A stretch of 64,000 nt of DNA from Dendrobates tinctorius. Its lineage: Eukaryota. The notes under the pieces are model-generated. The model made no database searches, was not told the DNA's origin, and worked only from the letters and a program-made list of their open reading frames with translations. The stretch spans positions 33,294,001 through 33,358,000 of the forward strand of contig NW_027361696.1 of the NCBI RefSeq assembly GCF_039654945.1. The letters are read 5' to 3'. Made by a program: the position numbers and the translations under genes. Position 1 is the stretch's first letter; each line of letters starts with the position of its first letter. Below, in pieces: positions 35,334-49,183 of the stretch.

Positions 35334-38211
35334 ATCCCAGAAAGCAATGTTCTGCCTTATTATTTACGTTCTGTGTTCTATAGGAAGGATTGGTTTAACT
35401 TTATAGGGCTTCATCATTGAAGTCAATGCATATGTTGAACCCATCTGTGCAATTTTCCTTGACCTCTAAGAGCTATTGGTTGAGAGCTAGCAGTAAAGTG
35501 CACCTTTATGGAGGCCTCCTACCATCGGGGACTGGGCAGTGAGCTATTAACCAGCACCAACATTACATTAACTTTTTAGTGCTCACCTATGGCCTCAGTG
35601 ATCTAATTGCCGCTGTTTTGGCTTATAATATGAGATTTTTGTGCCAGATCTGCCTTATTCAGCTAATTGCCCTAACAGATCCCAAAAGAAACAAATGATA
35701 CAATTGTGCTTTCTCACAGCCACCACTAGAGGGAACACACTGTAGACAACCCGCACATTGAGCTCAATAATAACACTGGATGCAGTAACTCATATGCTCC
35801 CTCTAGTGGTGAGTTTTTAGATTTGGAGCGCTGTATCGGAAAAGCAAAATTCTAACTGCTGTAAAGAAATCTTTAGAAAGTAATCAGAATAGATAAAAAT
35901 TATACCTTTTCTATCATTTAAGAAGCTTCCCTGTGGTCAGGTACAGTATGAATTATAGTATTTCCTGGCACTTGTTCAGATGAGTCCTTTATAATTGGGG
36001 CTGTGGTTCTTTTCTGACTCATTAAAGGGATCGCCTTGCTCTTTCATGTACTTAAACCCTAAAAATCCTAATAATGCACATGGACTGGGTTTGTCTTCAT
36101 TAGATATCCCCTTCAATTTTGCAAAAAAAACAACTCTGTGGCGCTCGGGCCTCGCATTACCACCTGCCTGGGTGCATTATTCAGTAGCTGACATGATAAA
36201 TGCTAAGTTACCGGTACCTAATGCTTCAGCCATTACTTTAACCCTTTGGTACAGAATTCAGAATATATTCTCTATTGCATTTGCACCTTTTTTGTCTAGT
36301 TTTTCTTGTTCCTGTTTTTCATTTGTGCGTTATTCTAATTTTTATTTTATTTTACATGTTTTCTTTAATCTTTTATGCTTGTCATTGTTAGTGAGGTTTG
36401 GAACTTCCAGATGATTCATCAATTGAAACTTTTTAAACATTTGCTACATTTTTGTGCAAACGTCACTTCCTCCCCTTTCCCCCTTGTGGAGTGTTTTATT
36501 TTTTTTTTTTTGCACTCCTGAAGTTTTCTAAATGCAAATTTTTTCAACATTTTAGCCACAAATGCGCCTTTCTTTGTGCACTAAGGTTAAATGCAAAAAT
36601 AAAAATGAATCGCATGCACCGTTTATATAAAACTTGGAGAAAAGAAAAAAAGTCAAGAAATAATAAAAGACACAAAAAGAAAATAGATTAAAAATAGAAC
36701 CCAAAATGATGTATCGGGCACGTTACTATTAATTCCTATTCCGAGTGGTTGGATCTGATATAGTTCTGGCAGAATTTGATGTAACGTCTATATAGATGTA
36801 ACTGAGAATTAATCTAGTGCCGATGCTGGAGATGTCATTGGTTTGGTCCAGATGAGTAGATTTCTGCATAGCTCACTGGACAATGAGCCGTTGTGGCCTC
36901 CGGCTGTGTGTATCATACAGTCCATTGATGATGTCCCTGCAGCTCTTCGCTCACAATGAGTAATGTTTGTGACTCATGGCCCTGGATTAATAATCCCACC
37001 CTTTGTTTAGGTGATTTACACACTTGGATTGCGGGCCCCGGCTGTGACAGACACAAGCAGGACTGCGACCTGTCACAAATATGTACAGTATGACTTTATA
37101 TGGCCGCTCCTGGCAAAACTGCTCTCCATCCAAGTGGTTCTGCAGAGGCCGCCATTCGGCTTTCCTAAAGCCCTGATCTACAACTCTGCCTCGTCACATG
37201 GGATAGAAAATAAAGGAAATGTGTCATTAATTACACACACCAGTCTTGGAAAGTTTAGGATAGATATAACCAGTGAGTAAAAGTTGTAACAACTCGGAAA
37301 AATAGACTTATTTTTCACCGACATTCTGAAACTTTCGGATATACGATGGCACTCCGTACACCAGTCTTGATGCAGAATACGCCGAATTTATCCGAAAGTG
37401 TGAGCTTCTTAATTAATTTGGTACATCGTTAAGCAAAGCCAGAAATGTGTCGCCATCCGGGGAGTGAAAGTACATTCCTGCCGGAATTTCTGACAGTTTT
37501 CCGCATACAATTTGATACATTTCTCCACGTTCCTCCTGGCCAAGTTCCACTCTCATTTTGAAAAGTTAGTAAAGACTGATGAAAAAGCACTAAAAGTTAC
37601 AGAAACAGTTTAAAAAGTTTTGCACTAGAAAAAAAATTCATAATTTTTCTTCTTTCTTCTTTTTGTCTTCGTTGAAGTTTTTCACGCCAAATTCTTCAAA
37701 TTGACCCAAGTGGTTTATTAATTTTGTGTTCTTTATTTTTGTTTATTTTTTTTGAGCATTTTACTCTAAATTTGTGCAAATAATCCAGGCATCCGTAAAA
37801 TTATTCCGGGGGATGGGGACTGGAGTACATTTGCATGAGATTTTGCAACATTTTGATGAATTGGCCTCAAATCTGGGGAAAAAAAAAATAAACTAAGCTA
37901 AGCCCACGATGAGGAACGCAAGAAAACAAACAAAGAAACGTAAAATAGACTTATAAAAGGTGCAATATAAAGAAGAATTTGGCACAAATAAAAAAAACAG
38001 GTAAAAAACATCGAAAACTAGAAAAAAAAGGTACAACATTTCCAGGCAATATTACTCGCTGATAGTGAATAGCATCATCTTTGTTTTCATACATGAGGTT
38101 GAGAACCGCTGAGGTTTTGCTACACTTATATCCAGATAGAAAAATATTCAGATTTGAGAGTCCTCAGTGGTTGATACCTTTTAATGGCAAACTGAAAAGA
38201 TGGCAACACAT

Positions 38212-38250
38212 TGCAAGCTTTCGAGACTACTCAGGTCTCTTCATCAGGCA
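38212..38250 (-). ncRNA. Minimal hammerhead ribozyme motif in the Penelope terminal repeat (stem II intact)
   Basis: The - strand reads UGC-CUGAUGA-A-GAGAC-cugagua-GUCUC-GAAA-GC-UU-GCA. Confidence 0.7.
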
Positions 38251-40241
38251 TAGACTAATACAAAATCTGAAGAGTCACATATTTATGCACAACACAGCAC
38301 AGAAAAAATGCAATAGATAAGACAAGTGACGTGAAGCAGAATTATGATTATGGGAGAGGGAGAAACATAAATATTGGACCAGTTCATAGATAAGGAGTCC
38401 GGATGTTTTATTGTCCTCTATTTGGGGTCTCCTAATGTCTTGTGATGTCCCCCAAAGGTCTTAGGAGCAAATTCCTTAATTGATGTAAAAAGACATAAAT
38501 CCATGCGACACATTCATTCCAGCATTGAGAGTGTCAAAGGTCGTCATAAATTTATACTCACAGACTCTTCTCTCTCTCTGAGATGTGAAGTTACCTTTCA
38601 ATACCAGTAATTTCATATCCCTGGTGTTGTGGTCCATCATTCAAAAATGTTTTGCCACAGGTAGCTCCATTCTTTTTTCTCTTATTGTGTGACGATGAGC
38701 ATTCATCCTTGTTCTAAGCTTTTGCCCTGTCTCCCCCACATACAAACCCCCAGTTGGACATTTAGTACAAATAATTAAGTACACCACATTAGATGTGATG
38801 CAGCTGAAAGTACCTGGGATCTTGTAGTCCTGATGTGAATTGGGGATCTTTATCTTGTCCGTGGTCATTATAGATGGACAGGTTTTACATTTTTTCTGGT
38901 TGCAAGGAAAGGTTCCTCCAGCTGTTGGAGAGGACAGGGAGCTTCTGACAATGATGCTTCTTAGATTTGGGGGCTGCCTAAAACACAGCAGTGGGGGGTC
39001 TGGAAAAATGTTCCACGAACAGTTTAAACAATTTCATCCCACCATCAATTTAACACTCAACTACACCAGCACTGAGATTAACTTTTTGGACACCATCATT
39101 AAGCTAAAAAAACAATGAAATAGAGACATCCCTGTATCAGAAGCCATTCGACCGTCCAATATACCTTAAATGGGACAGTTTCCATCCAAAACACATAAAG
39201 AACTCTATTATCTATAGCCAAGCCATCAGATACAATCGTATATGTTCCAACCCCATGGATAGAGACAAACACCTTGGTCGCCTCAAAAAGACCTTTTTGA
39301 ATCAGGGCTACCATCCAAGAACAATTGAAAACCAAATTACAAGAGCCACCAGAATATCAAGGAATCACCTGCTACATTACAAAGCTAAAGAAGAAAATAA
39401 CCGGGTGCCTCTAGCAGTCACCTACAACCCAAATCTGGAAGTGCTAAGCGGAGCTGCACGGAAATTACAACCTTTACTACAAAAAGATGCCCGATTACAA
39501 TCCATTTTTCGAGGCAGCCCCCAAATCTAAGAAGCATCATTGTCAGAAGCTCCCTGTCCTCTCCAACAGCTGCAGGAACCTTTCCTTGCAACCAGAAAAA
39601 AATTTAAAACCTGTCCATCTATAATGACCACGGACAAGATAAAGATCCCCAATTCACATCAGGACTACAAGATCCCAGGTACTTTCAGCTGCATTACATC
39701 TAATGTGGTGTACTTAATTATTTGTACTAAATGTCCAACTGGGGGTCTGTATGTGGGGGAGACAGGGCAAAAGCTTAGAACAAGGATGAATGCTCATCGT
39801 CATACAATAAGAGAAAAAAGAATGGAGCTACCTGTGGCAAAACATTTTTGTATGATGGACCACAACACCAGGGATATGAAATTACTGGTATTGAAAAGTA
39901 ACTTCACATCTCAGAGAGAGAGAAGAGTCTGTGAGTATAAATTTATGATGACCTTTGACACTCTCAATGCTGGAATGAATGTGTCGCATGGATTTATGTC
40001 TTTTTACATCAATTAAGGAATTTGCTCCTAAGACCTTGTGGGGGCATCACAACACATTAGGAGACCCCAATCAGAGGACAATAAACCATCCGGACTCCTT
40101 ATCTATGAACTGGTCCAATATTTATGCTTCTCCCTCTCCCATAATCATAATTCTGCTTCACGTCACTTGTCTCATCTATTGCAATTTTTCTGTGCTGTAT
40201 TGTGCATAAATATGTGACTCTTCAGATTTTGTATTAGTCTA

Positions 40242-40280
40242 TGCCTGATGAAGAGACCTGAGTATTCTCGAAAGCTTGCA
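40242..40280 (+). ncRNA. Minimal hammerhead ribozyme motif (one mismatch in stem II)
   Basis: UGC-CUGAUGA-A-GAGAC-cugagua-UUCUC-GAAA-GC-UU-GCA. Confidence 0.65.
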
Positions 40281-42035
40281 ATGTGTTACCATATTTTCAG
40301 TTAGCCATTAAAAGGTATCAACCACTGAGGACTCTCAATTCTGAATATTTTTCTATCTACTGGCTAACACGGTACAAAGATATACATCTTTCTTATATCC
40401 AGATAGTGAATCGCCAGCAGAAGAAATGTATCAGTAGAGGCAAAATGTATCAAGTTAGAGATTGATTCATCTCATACAGGATTGTCCATACAGGAATGTG
40501 ATTCAGATATAATACAATGATATAAGTTACATTAGGAGGGGAGGAGGGGGATGCAGCTGCAGTTTTTTTTTTATATTCGCTCAGTCTTTAAGACTGGAGA
40601 AGAGGTCAGAGTGGTAAGATAATGGGTTGGCTGAAAACACAGATCCCTACACAACACCTTAGAGATACAGTATAGAAGCTGTAGCAAGAGCAAAGGTGGG
40701 GAGGAGCAGTTTTTCTCTCATCAGCTGGGACTGCATGTTGTGAGAGGGGAGAGAAGGTAAAGTGATGAAAAAATGGAGTAGTTCAGAGGTGGTCAAGTAG
40801 CAGCAGGAAGATAAATGAGCTGATGCAGGAGGGCAGAGACGTAGCTAGGGTTTTGGTTCAGGGGAGGCGAAACTTCTTTGTGGGCCCCTAACCAGAGAAC
40901 CTCAGCAGATGACCGCGCTGTTGCCAAAAATAATCTATATATAAAAGACCAGTATTGATAGTACTGCCATATGGTCAGTGGTAAATAATTCCAGTCCTAC
41001 AGAACATATAGATTACAGCAGAGTTACAGATAATGACTTACCACTGATGTTCTTTCTGATGGAATCATTCACTTTTCCTGTCTTTTCCATCTGGCCCAGA
41101 CCGACATGACGACTCATCCAGCCAGGACTCGGCTGCAGAGAATACAACAAAGGCACATTTCACTTCTCATATTGCAGCCCCTTGACCATCTATTCCCAAC
41201 CTGCACAAACTCCTCATTCTACTGATACCCCAATGCTGAGCCGCTGCTGCCGTATGTGTTCCTATTACTGCACCTATTGTGTGGTTCTGTGTGACCTCTA
41301 AATTCTAAGACAACTCTATAGAACATAGTAATGCCTGCTGCAACTGCCCTAGAAAACAAGAAAAGAGAAGCCGGCGTTGCCAAGGTCAGAACGCATAACA
41401 TAAAGTGCATTTGCACATAACATTTAACTGTATTCAAAATGAGATATTTAGCAAAAAAATTGATCAATTCAATTGAGCCACCCCGCCGCGCCAAGGCAAT
41501 CTCATGTGGGGGGTCCTACTCTACGTTTTTAATAAACACTGTGCCATTACGGCCTCCTAGATACATTAAAAGCAAGACCACTTTAAGTGCAATCCGTACC
41601 TGAGCATTTCTGGATCGCTCCCATGATGCCAGAAAAGGCAAGTGCGGATGAAGGCCAACCAGGTCTGAATGCAGACGTGTCAGGTTTAGCCTCCACACAT
41701 TGCCTGACCAGCAAGCATAGATGAAGGGCAATGCAGGTTCAGATACAGGTGCACAATTAAATAAAGCTTGGGGCAGGGTGGGGCTGCTGTGTATGTGTGC
41801 ACAGCAGCCTAGATCCATCACAGTGAACACAGAAAAAATGGCGAACATAACCCAGCGCGCACGGCAACAGTGGTGGTCAGCCACATACCAATGTACAAAG
41901 AAAACAGTGCCCACATTCAGGGTCGGACTGGGTCACTGGAGAACCGGAGGATTCTCCGGTGAGCCCAGGCAATGACATCTGCTGGCATATAGGACCAACT
42001 GCCTAGGGCCCCTGCTGCTCCAGGGGCCACCAGAC

Positions 42036-42494
42036 AGTGGTTTCACACTTCAGTTTTTTCTGTCAGTTAAAATCCGCCAAAATAGCGGAAAATGGATCCA
42101 CAGGCGGACTGACAGAAACGGTGGTCAGTGGATCAGCAGATGTACAGATCCGCCGAAGGTAGAAATTTAAAGGAACCGCGCCTGGGGAAAAGGAGAGAGA
42201 GAGAGAGAGAAAATTTTGTCCAGCAGCCAGACAGAAACGCGGGTTAAATCGGCAAATAGCGGATCCGGACACGAAAAAAGCGTTACATGCTCCGTCCGGC
42301 CCGCTGAGCGGACGCCAAGATCTTGGCGGATCCGTACAAAAACGGATCAAACGAACGACCATCCGTCAAGATCCGCTGATAATGCACGTCTATGAGGAAA
42401 AAAACGAATCCGCCAAGAAAAATGACGGATTCATTTTTTTTCCAAATCGGCGGATCTTGACTGATGGTCACAAACGGAAGTGTGAAACAGGCCT
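42036..42494. mobile_element. Harbinger-type MITE
   Basis: ..tttcacactt at the left and aagtgtgaaacaggcc|taa at the right; rich in cggatcc/acgga subrepeats. Confidence 0.65.
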
Positions 42495-43014
42495 AATAGC
42501 GGCACACCAGCAGCTGCTATGGGGGCCCCCCGGTGCCAGCAGAGCAGCAGCGGGTGACAGGAAGCCAAAGCCTCTTCCCACTGCTAAAGTGAAATGAATA
42601 TTCATGCTTTCCCATGCTTCCATGGGCGTGGAGAGGAGTGAATATTAAGCGGGTAGTGTTTGCTTCAGGCTGCGGCTTACACTGCCCGCTATAAGGGCCC
42701 GCAGACCAGGGCCCCCGCACCCCCCAGCCCATTGGGCCAAAAGACAGGGGGACGCAGCTTCAGCTGGCCCCCCAGTGCGCGCCGCAATAATGGAAGAGAG
42801 AGCATGACATGACACTCCCTCTCCCATCATTACCTTCTTCCTCTGACACACAGCGGGTGCGCGATGACATCACTTTATCGCATCACCACTGTGTGCCGGT
42901 CTGACTGCAGCGCACCTCCTGACATCGGAGCAGAGCCGCTGCCGAAATCAGCGTGGGAGCGAGGAGGAGAGGTGAGTATAGTTTTTTAAAAAAATTTATA
43001 TAGTGAGTCCTGGT

Positions 43015-43284
43015 TGCATGATTATGATACCCCGTATGGGGGGGAGGCAGCATGATTCCATATGAGGGGGAAGCATGATATACCCCATATGAGGAGGGGG
43101 CATCATGATACCCCGTATGATGGGGGGCAGCATGATACCTCGTATGAGGGGGGTATTAAGATACCCCGCATGAGGGGGGCAGCATGATACCCCGTATAAG
43201 GGGGGCAGCATGATACCCCATATAAGGGAGCGCAGCATGATACCCCATGAGGGGAGCAGCATGATACCCTATGAGGGGGGCTGC
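43015..43284 (+). repeat. ~29-bp minisatellite
   Basis: Unit gcagcatgatacccc(a/g)tatgaggggg, about 9 copies. Confidence 0.88.
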
Positions 43285-46200
43285 TGTTGTGAATTCTCTT
43301 GATCGGACTTCAGAGTCGGGGCTCTCTCTGGTGGTTATTGCGGGTAGTGGAGCTGGCCGGGTTGATAGAAGTCTGCCACCTGACAATGACGATTGGAAAT
43401 CAGGGGTTACTGATTGGGAGGATATAAGTGAGCAGGCTTCCCTCAGTTATTGCTGGTGATTAGTTTCTTCCTGTGCATTCTGAGGTCTGCTGTCTCCTTC
43501 CTGATCCTGCATTTTTCAATTAAGTTGTTCAGTTGCTAATCTTTTGCATCTGATCTGGTTTTGCCTCTTCCTGCTTTACTGTGAGGGTTCAGCGTACTCC
43601 CTGCTGGGGCAGTGCTGGACCCCGTTCCATATTTTGCAGCTTGTGTCAGTTTGTTCAGTCCCCTGTTATATCAGTCTCTTTTGCTTTGCTGCCAGTTCAC
43701 ACCAGAATGCTGATTTAGTGGGGGAGAGGTTGTGAGACCTCAGTGTTTTTTGTACATCAGACGTGTTGGATTTTTTAGGGTTTTTGCGGGATTGCAGACA
43801 GTGTCTTTTCTTTTGCTATCCTATCTAGACAGTTTGGGCCCCATTATTTGCTCAGTCTATTTTCTGTTTGTGTTTGTGATTCATCTTGTCTCACTGACAA
43901 TATACGTTTGGAGGCTATCTATTTATTTAGGGTTCTACTCTGGGGCAGTTTAGATTTCACCTTTCTTGCTTTAGGCTCAGTTAGTTCTCCGGCTGTGCCG
44001 AGGCGTCTAGAGCATCATAGGTACGCCCCATGGCTACTGCTAGTTGTGTTGTTAGGATTAGGGGTCTGCAATCCGCTAAGTTACCAACCTTTCTGGTTTC
44101 CTGGTGGCCTAGCCTATTCCTGCCATCCTCCTTGGTGACCTATTCATATCAGAATCACCAGCCTAAACTGTAGACTCTAGGGTACTCGCAAGAAGGAAAG
44201 AATTGTAAAAAAAAAAAAGTGTCAGAATTTTTAAAATATATTTTTTCCTCTTTTTCTATGGGGCCGTAGGAGGATTTTTTCTTTAATGGAGACTAAGCAA
44301 TTGTCCGATCGTGTTGAGCAGCTCGCTGCTGAAGTGCGTGGAATTTCTTCCTATCTCGCTAAATCATCTGCTGTAGAACCAAAGATCCCTACTCCTGATG
44401 TGTTTTCTGGGGATTGGTCAAAATTTTTTAATTTTAAGAATAATTGTAAACTATTTCTTGCTTTGAAACCTAACTCATCGGGGAGCTCTGTGCAGCAGGT
44501 TAAAATTGTCATCTCCCTGCTGCGTGGCGATCCCCAGGACTGGGCTTTTTCTCTGACATCTGGAGGTCCTATTCTGGCTAAAGTGGATGCGTTTTTCAAG
44601 CCCTGGGATTGTTGTATGATGAATCTAATGCTATTGATTAAGCTGAGAAAACCTTATTGGCATTGAACCAGGGTCAGGATGCTGCAGAGTTATATTGTCA
44701 AAAATTCCAAAAGTGGGCGGTCCTTACTAAATGGAATGATGATGCCCTAGCAGCTCTCATTTGGAAAGGTCTGACAGAAACCGTAAAAGATGTTATGGTG
44801 GGATTTCCTATCCCCTCTGGTCTTAACGACTCTGTCATTAGCCATTCAAATTGATCAACGTGAGCGTAAAACTACGTGAGAGGTGGTGCTGCCTTTCGAG
44901 CAAACTTCTGAATCCATGCAGTGTGATGGGTTTTGTCTAGGGCACATCGGCAAGCGTTTAGAAGGCGTAATAAGTTGTGCTTCTTTTGTAGGGACGCCTA
45001 TTTCTGTCTGTCCTAAATGAGAAAAACTTTTTGCTCACTCATTTGCGGTGGGCAGTGTACAGCCTAAGTTCCTTTTGGCGGTTACCTTGATCTGCTCCTT
45101 GTCTACATTATCTGCTAAGGCTTTTGTTGATTCAGGAGCAGCTTTGAATCTGATGGATTTTGACTTTGCCAAATGTTGTGATTTTCCCATGGTGCCCCTG
45201 CGGACCCCTATTCCTTTGAGGGGGATTGATGCTACCCCTTTTGGCAGAGAATAAACCCCAGTTTTGGACCCAGGTGATAATGTGAGTCGCCCCGGACCAC
45301 CAAGAAAATTGTACATTTTTGGTGTTGCGCAATTTGCATGATATTATTGTACTGGGTTTTCCTTGGTTGCAAACCAATAATCCTGTTTTGGATTGGAAAT
45401 CTGTGTCTGTGGTGAGTTGGGGTTGTCAATGTGTTCTTAGTGACACTCCTGTTTTCTCCACCTCTCCCCAGTCTCATGATGTTCCTGACTATTTGACTGA
45501 TTTTTCTGATGTATTTAGTGAGAGTAAGTCCGCGTCTTTGCCTCCTCATAGGAGTTATGACTGCGCAATTGAGTTAATGCCCGGTTGTAAATTTCCCAAG
45601 AGTCGACTTTCCAACTTATCGGTATCGGAACATGATGCTATGCGATCTTATATCAAGGAGTCATTGGAGAAGGATCACATCAGACCATCCTCTACACCTT
45701 TAGGTGCTGTTTTTTTTTGTGGCCAAGAAAGATGGCTCATTAAGGCCATGTATTGACTATCGTTTCCTTAACAAAATCACTGTTAAATATCAGTACCCGT
45801 TACCCCTGATTTCTGATTTATTTTCCAGAGTTAAAAGTGCTTGTTGGTTTACCAAACTTGACCTCAGGGGGCGTTTAATCTTATTCGCATCAAGCACGGG
45901 GATGAATGGAAGATGGCTTTTAATACTCCAGACGGACATTTTGAGTACCTGGTGATGCCTTTTGGGCTCACTAATGTCCCTTCCGTCTTCCAATCTTTTA
46001 TGAACGATATTTTCCGGGACTTTGTGGATAAGTTTTTGATCATTTATCTGGATGATATTTCTATCTTTTCCAGTGATTGGGATTCTCATGTGGAACATAT
46101 CCGGACTGTGTTCAGGATTTTGAGGGAAAATACTCTGTATGTTAAAGGATCAAAATGTCTCTTTGGTGTACAGAGGATTTCGTTTTTGGGATTCATTTTG

Positions 46201-49183
46201 TCCCCGTATGCTATTGAAATGGACCCGGCCAAGGTACAGGCCATTTATGATTGGGTTCAGCCCACTTCTCTGAAGACTCTCCAGAAGTTTTTGGGTTTTA
46301 CTAATTTCTACTGTAAATTTATAAGTAATTTTTCTGGTATTGTTAAACCACTGACGGATTTGACCAAAAAGGGTGCTGATGTGGTGAATTGGTCTCCAGA
46401 GGCTGTCTCTACATTTCAGGAGCTTAAGCGGAGATTCACTTCTGCTCCGGTTCTACAACAACCTGATGTTTCACTCCCATTTCAGGTGGAGATAGATGCT
46501 TCTGAGATTGGTGCAGAAGCCGTTTTGTCTCAAAGAGATCCGGTAACCTCTAAGATGAATCCCTGTGCCTTCTTTTCTCTAAAATTTTCCCCATCTGAAC
46601 GTAATGACATAGGGAATCGGGAATTGTTGGCCATGAAGTGCGCAGTTGAAGAGTGGTGACATTGGTTTGAGGGAGCTAGACATCAAGTTGTGGTCCTCAC
46701 CGAGCACAAGAATTTGATTTATCTTGAATCAGACAAGCGCTTGAATCCTAGACAGGCTAGATGGGCCTTGTTTTTCACACGTTTTAATTTTGTGGTCTCC
46801 TTTCTTCCGGGCACTAAGGATGTTAAGGTGGACGCCCTTTCTAGGAGTTTCTTTGTGGATTCTCTTGATGTGACCGAGCCTACTACTATTCTAAATGAGG
46901 GTGTAGTTCTTTCCACCATCTCACCCGATTTGAGATGTGCCCTGGAGGAATTTCAGGAGTACAAACCTGAAAGATGCCCTATGGGAAAATTGTATGTCCC
47001 TGACCAGTGGAGGAGAAGAGTAATGTCTGAAATTCATTGCTCTGCGTTAGCTGGTCATCCGGGTATTTTTGGTACCAGAGATTTGGTGAGTCGGTCTTTT
47101 TGGTGGCCTGCCTTATCTCGTGATGTCAGGAATTTTGTGCAGTCCTGTGGGACTTGTTCTTGGTCCAAGCCCTGGTCTCGTTCAAGTGGTTTGTTGATGC
47201 CCCTGCCGGTGCCCAGGAGGCCATGGACCCATATCTCAATGGATTTTATTTCTGATCTTCCTGTCTCTCAGAGAATGACTGTTATCTGGGTGATCTGTGA
47301 TAGATTTTCTAAGATGGTCCTTCTTGTACCACTCCCAAAGTTGCCATCTTCTTCTGAGTTGGTGCCCTTGTTTTTACAACAGGTGGTTCGTTTGCACGGG
47401 ATTCCTGAGAACATTGTGTCGGACAGAGGAGTCCAGTTTGTTTCCAGATTTTGGAGAGCTTTTTGTTCCAAACTGGGAATTCAGTTATCATTCTCCTCTG
47501 CATTTCACCCTCAGACCAATGGGCAGACTGAGAGAACAAACCAGACTTTGGAATCCTATTTGAGATGTTTCATATCTGCTGATCAAGATGACTGGGTCTC
47601 AGTTTTGCCCTTGGCCGAATTCGCGCTAAACAATAGGTCTAGCTCTGCCATTTGACATCTCCTTTTTTCTGTAACTTTGGGTTTCATACTCAATTTTCTT
47701 CAGGGCAGGTGGAAGCTTAGGCCTGCCCAAGTGTGGATTCTGCGGTAGAGAGAATGCAGCAGATTTGGGATCAAGTAGTGGATAAGTTGTCCCACTCTCA
47801 GGAAAAGGCCCTACGGTTTTCCAACTGGGATAGGACCATTGGTCCCCGGTTTAAAGTGGGTGATATGGTTTGGTTGTCCTCAAAAAATATTCCTAAGAAG
47901 GTTGCATCTCCAAAATTCAAGCCAAGGTTCATTGGACCTTATAAGATTTTGGAAATCCTTAACCCCGTTTCTTTCAATTTGGCTCTTCTAGTTACGTTTA
48001 AGATTCATAGCGTTTTTCATAAATCTTTGTTGAAAAGGTTTGTGGAGTCAGTAGTTCCCATGGCGGTGCCCCCTGACCCTGTATTGGTTAAGGGTAATTT
48101 GGAGTATGAGGTAGAGAAGATATTGGATTCTCATCTGGCTAGACAGAGACTCCAGTACTTGGTCAAGTGGAAAGTTTATGGCCAGGAGGATAATTCTTGG
48201 GTCTCTGCTTCTGACATTCATGCCGAGAGATTGGTTTGTGCTTTTCACCGGGCCCATCCTTATCGGCCTGGTGGCGTGGATGAGAGTTCGGTGACCCCTC
48301 CTCAAGGGGGGGTACCGTTGTGAATTCTCTTGATCGGACTTCTGAGTCAGGGCTCCCTCTGGTGGTTATTGTGGGTAGTGGAGCTGGCCGGGTTGATAGA
48401 AGTCTGCCACCTGACGATGACGATTGGAAATCAGGGGTTACTGAGTGGGAGGATATAAGTGAGCAGGCTTCCCTCAGTTATTGCTGGTGATTAGTTTCTT
48501 CCTGTGCATTCTGAGGTCTGCTGTCTCCTGCCTGATCCTGCATTTTTCAGTTAAGTTGTTCAGTTGCTAATCCTTTGCATCTGGTTTTGCCTCTTTCTGC
48601 TTTGCTGTGAGGGTTCAGTGTGCTCCCTGCTGGGGCAGTGCTGGACCCTGCTCCATATGCTGCAGCTTGTGTCAGTTTGTTCAGTCCCCTGTTATATTAG
48701 TCTCGTTTGCTTTGCTGCCAGTTCACACCAGAATGCTGATATAGTGGGGGAGAGGTCGTGAGACCTCAGTGTTTTTTGTACATCAGACGTGTTGGATTTT
48801 TTAGGGTTTTTGCGTGATTGCAGACAATGTCTTTCCTTTCCTATCCTATCTAGGCAGTTTGGGCCCCATTATTTGCTCAGTCTATTTTCTGTCTGTGTTT
48901 GTGATTCATCCTGTCTCACCAACAATATACGTTTGGGGGCTATCCATTTCTTTAGGGTTCTACTCCGGGGCAGTTTAGATTTCACCTTTCTTGCTTTAGG
49001 CTTAGTTAGTTCTCTGGCTGTGCCGAGGCATCTAGGGCATCGTAGGTACGCCCCACGGCTACTGCTAGTTGCTAGTTGTATTGTTAGCAGATTGCAGACC
49101 CCTATTCCTAAGTTACCAACCTTTCTGGTTTCCTGGTGGCCTAGCCTATTCCTGCCATCCTCCTCGGTGACCTATTCATAACA
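43285..49183 (+). mobile_element. Full-length Ty3/Gypsy chromovirus-type LTR retrotransposon with degenerate ORFs
   Basis: LTRs 43285-44151 and 48316-49183 (about 867 bp); PPT aagggggggg before the 3' LTR; flanked by GGCTGC on both sides. It has gag, protease (FVDSGA), RT (YLDD), RNase H, integrase (HISMDFI, SDRG, GQTERTN), GPY and a chromodomain. Confidence 0.96.

Larger units (their letters stand above)
38140..40391 (+). mobile_element. Penelope-like retroelement: 5'-truncated copy (39011-40391) preceded by an inverted partial copy (38140-39010); 15-bp TSD
   Basis: RT C-terminus (INFLDT, FHPKHIKNSIIYSQAIRY) and GIY-YIG endonuclease (NVVYLIIC..LYVGETGQKLRTRMNAHR, 39540..40016). TSD CTTATATCCAGATAG at 38125-38139 and 40392-40406. 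Confidence 0.93.

Noticed and set aside
36840-37280. GC-richer patch with an acceptor-like site and an 89-aa ORF
   Set aside because: No recognisable protein in the frames I translated and no convincing donor.
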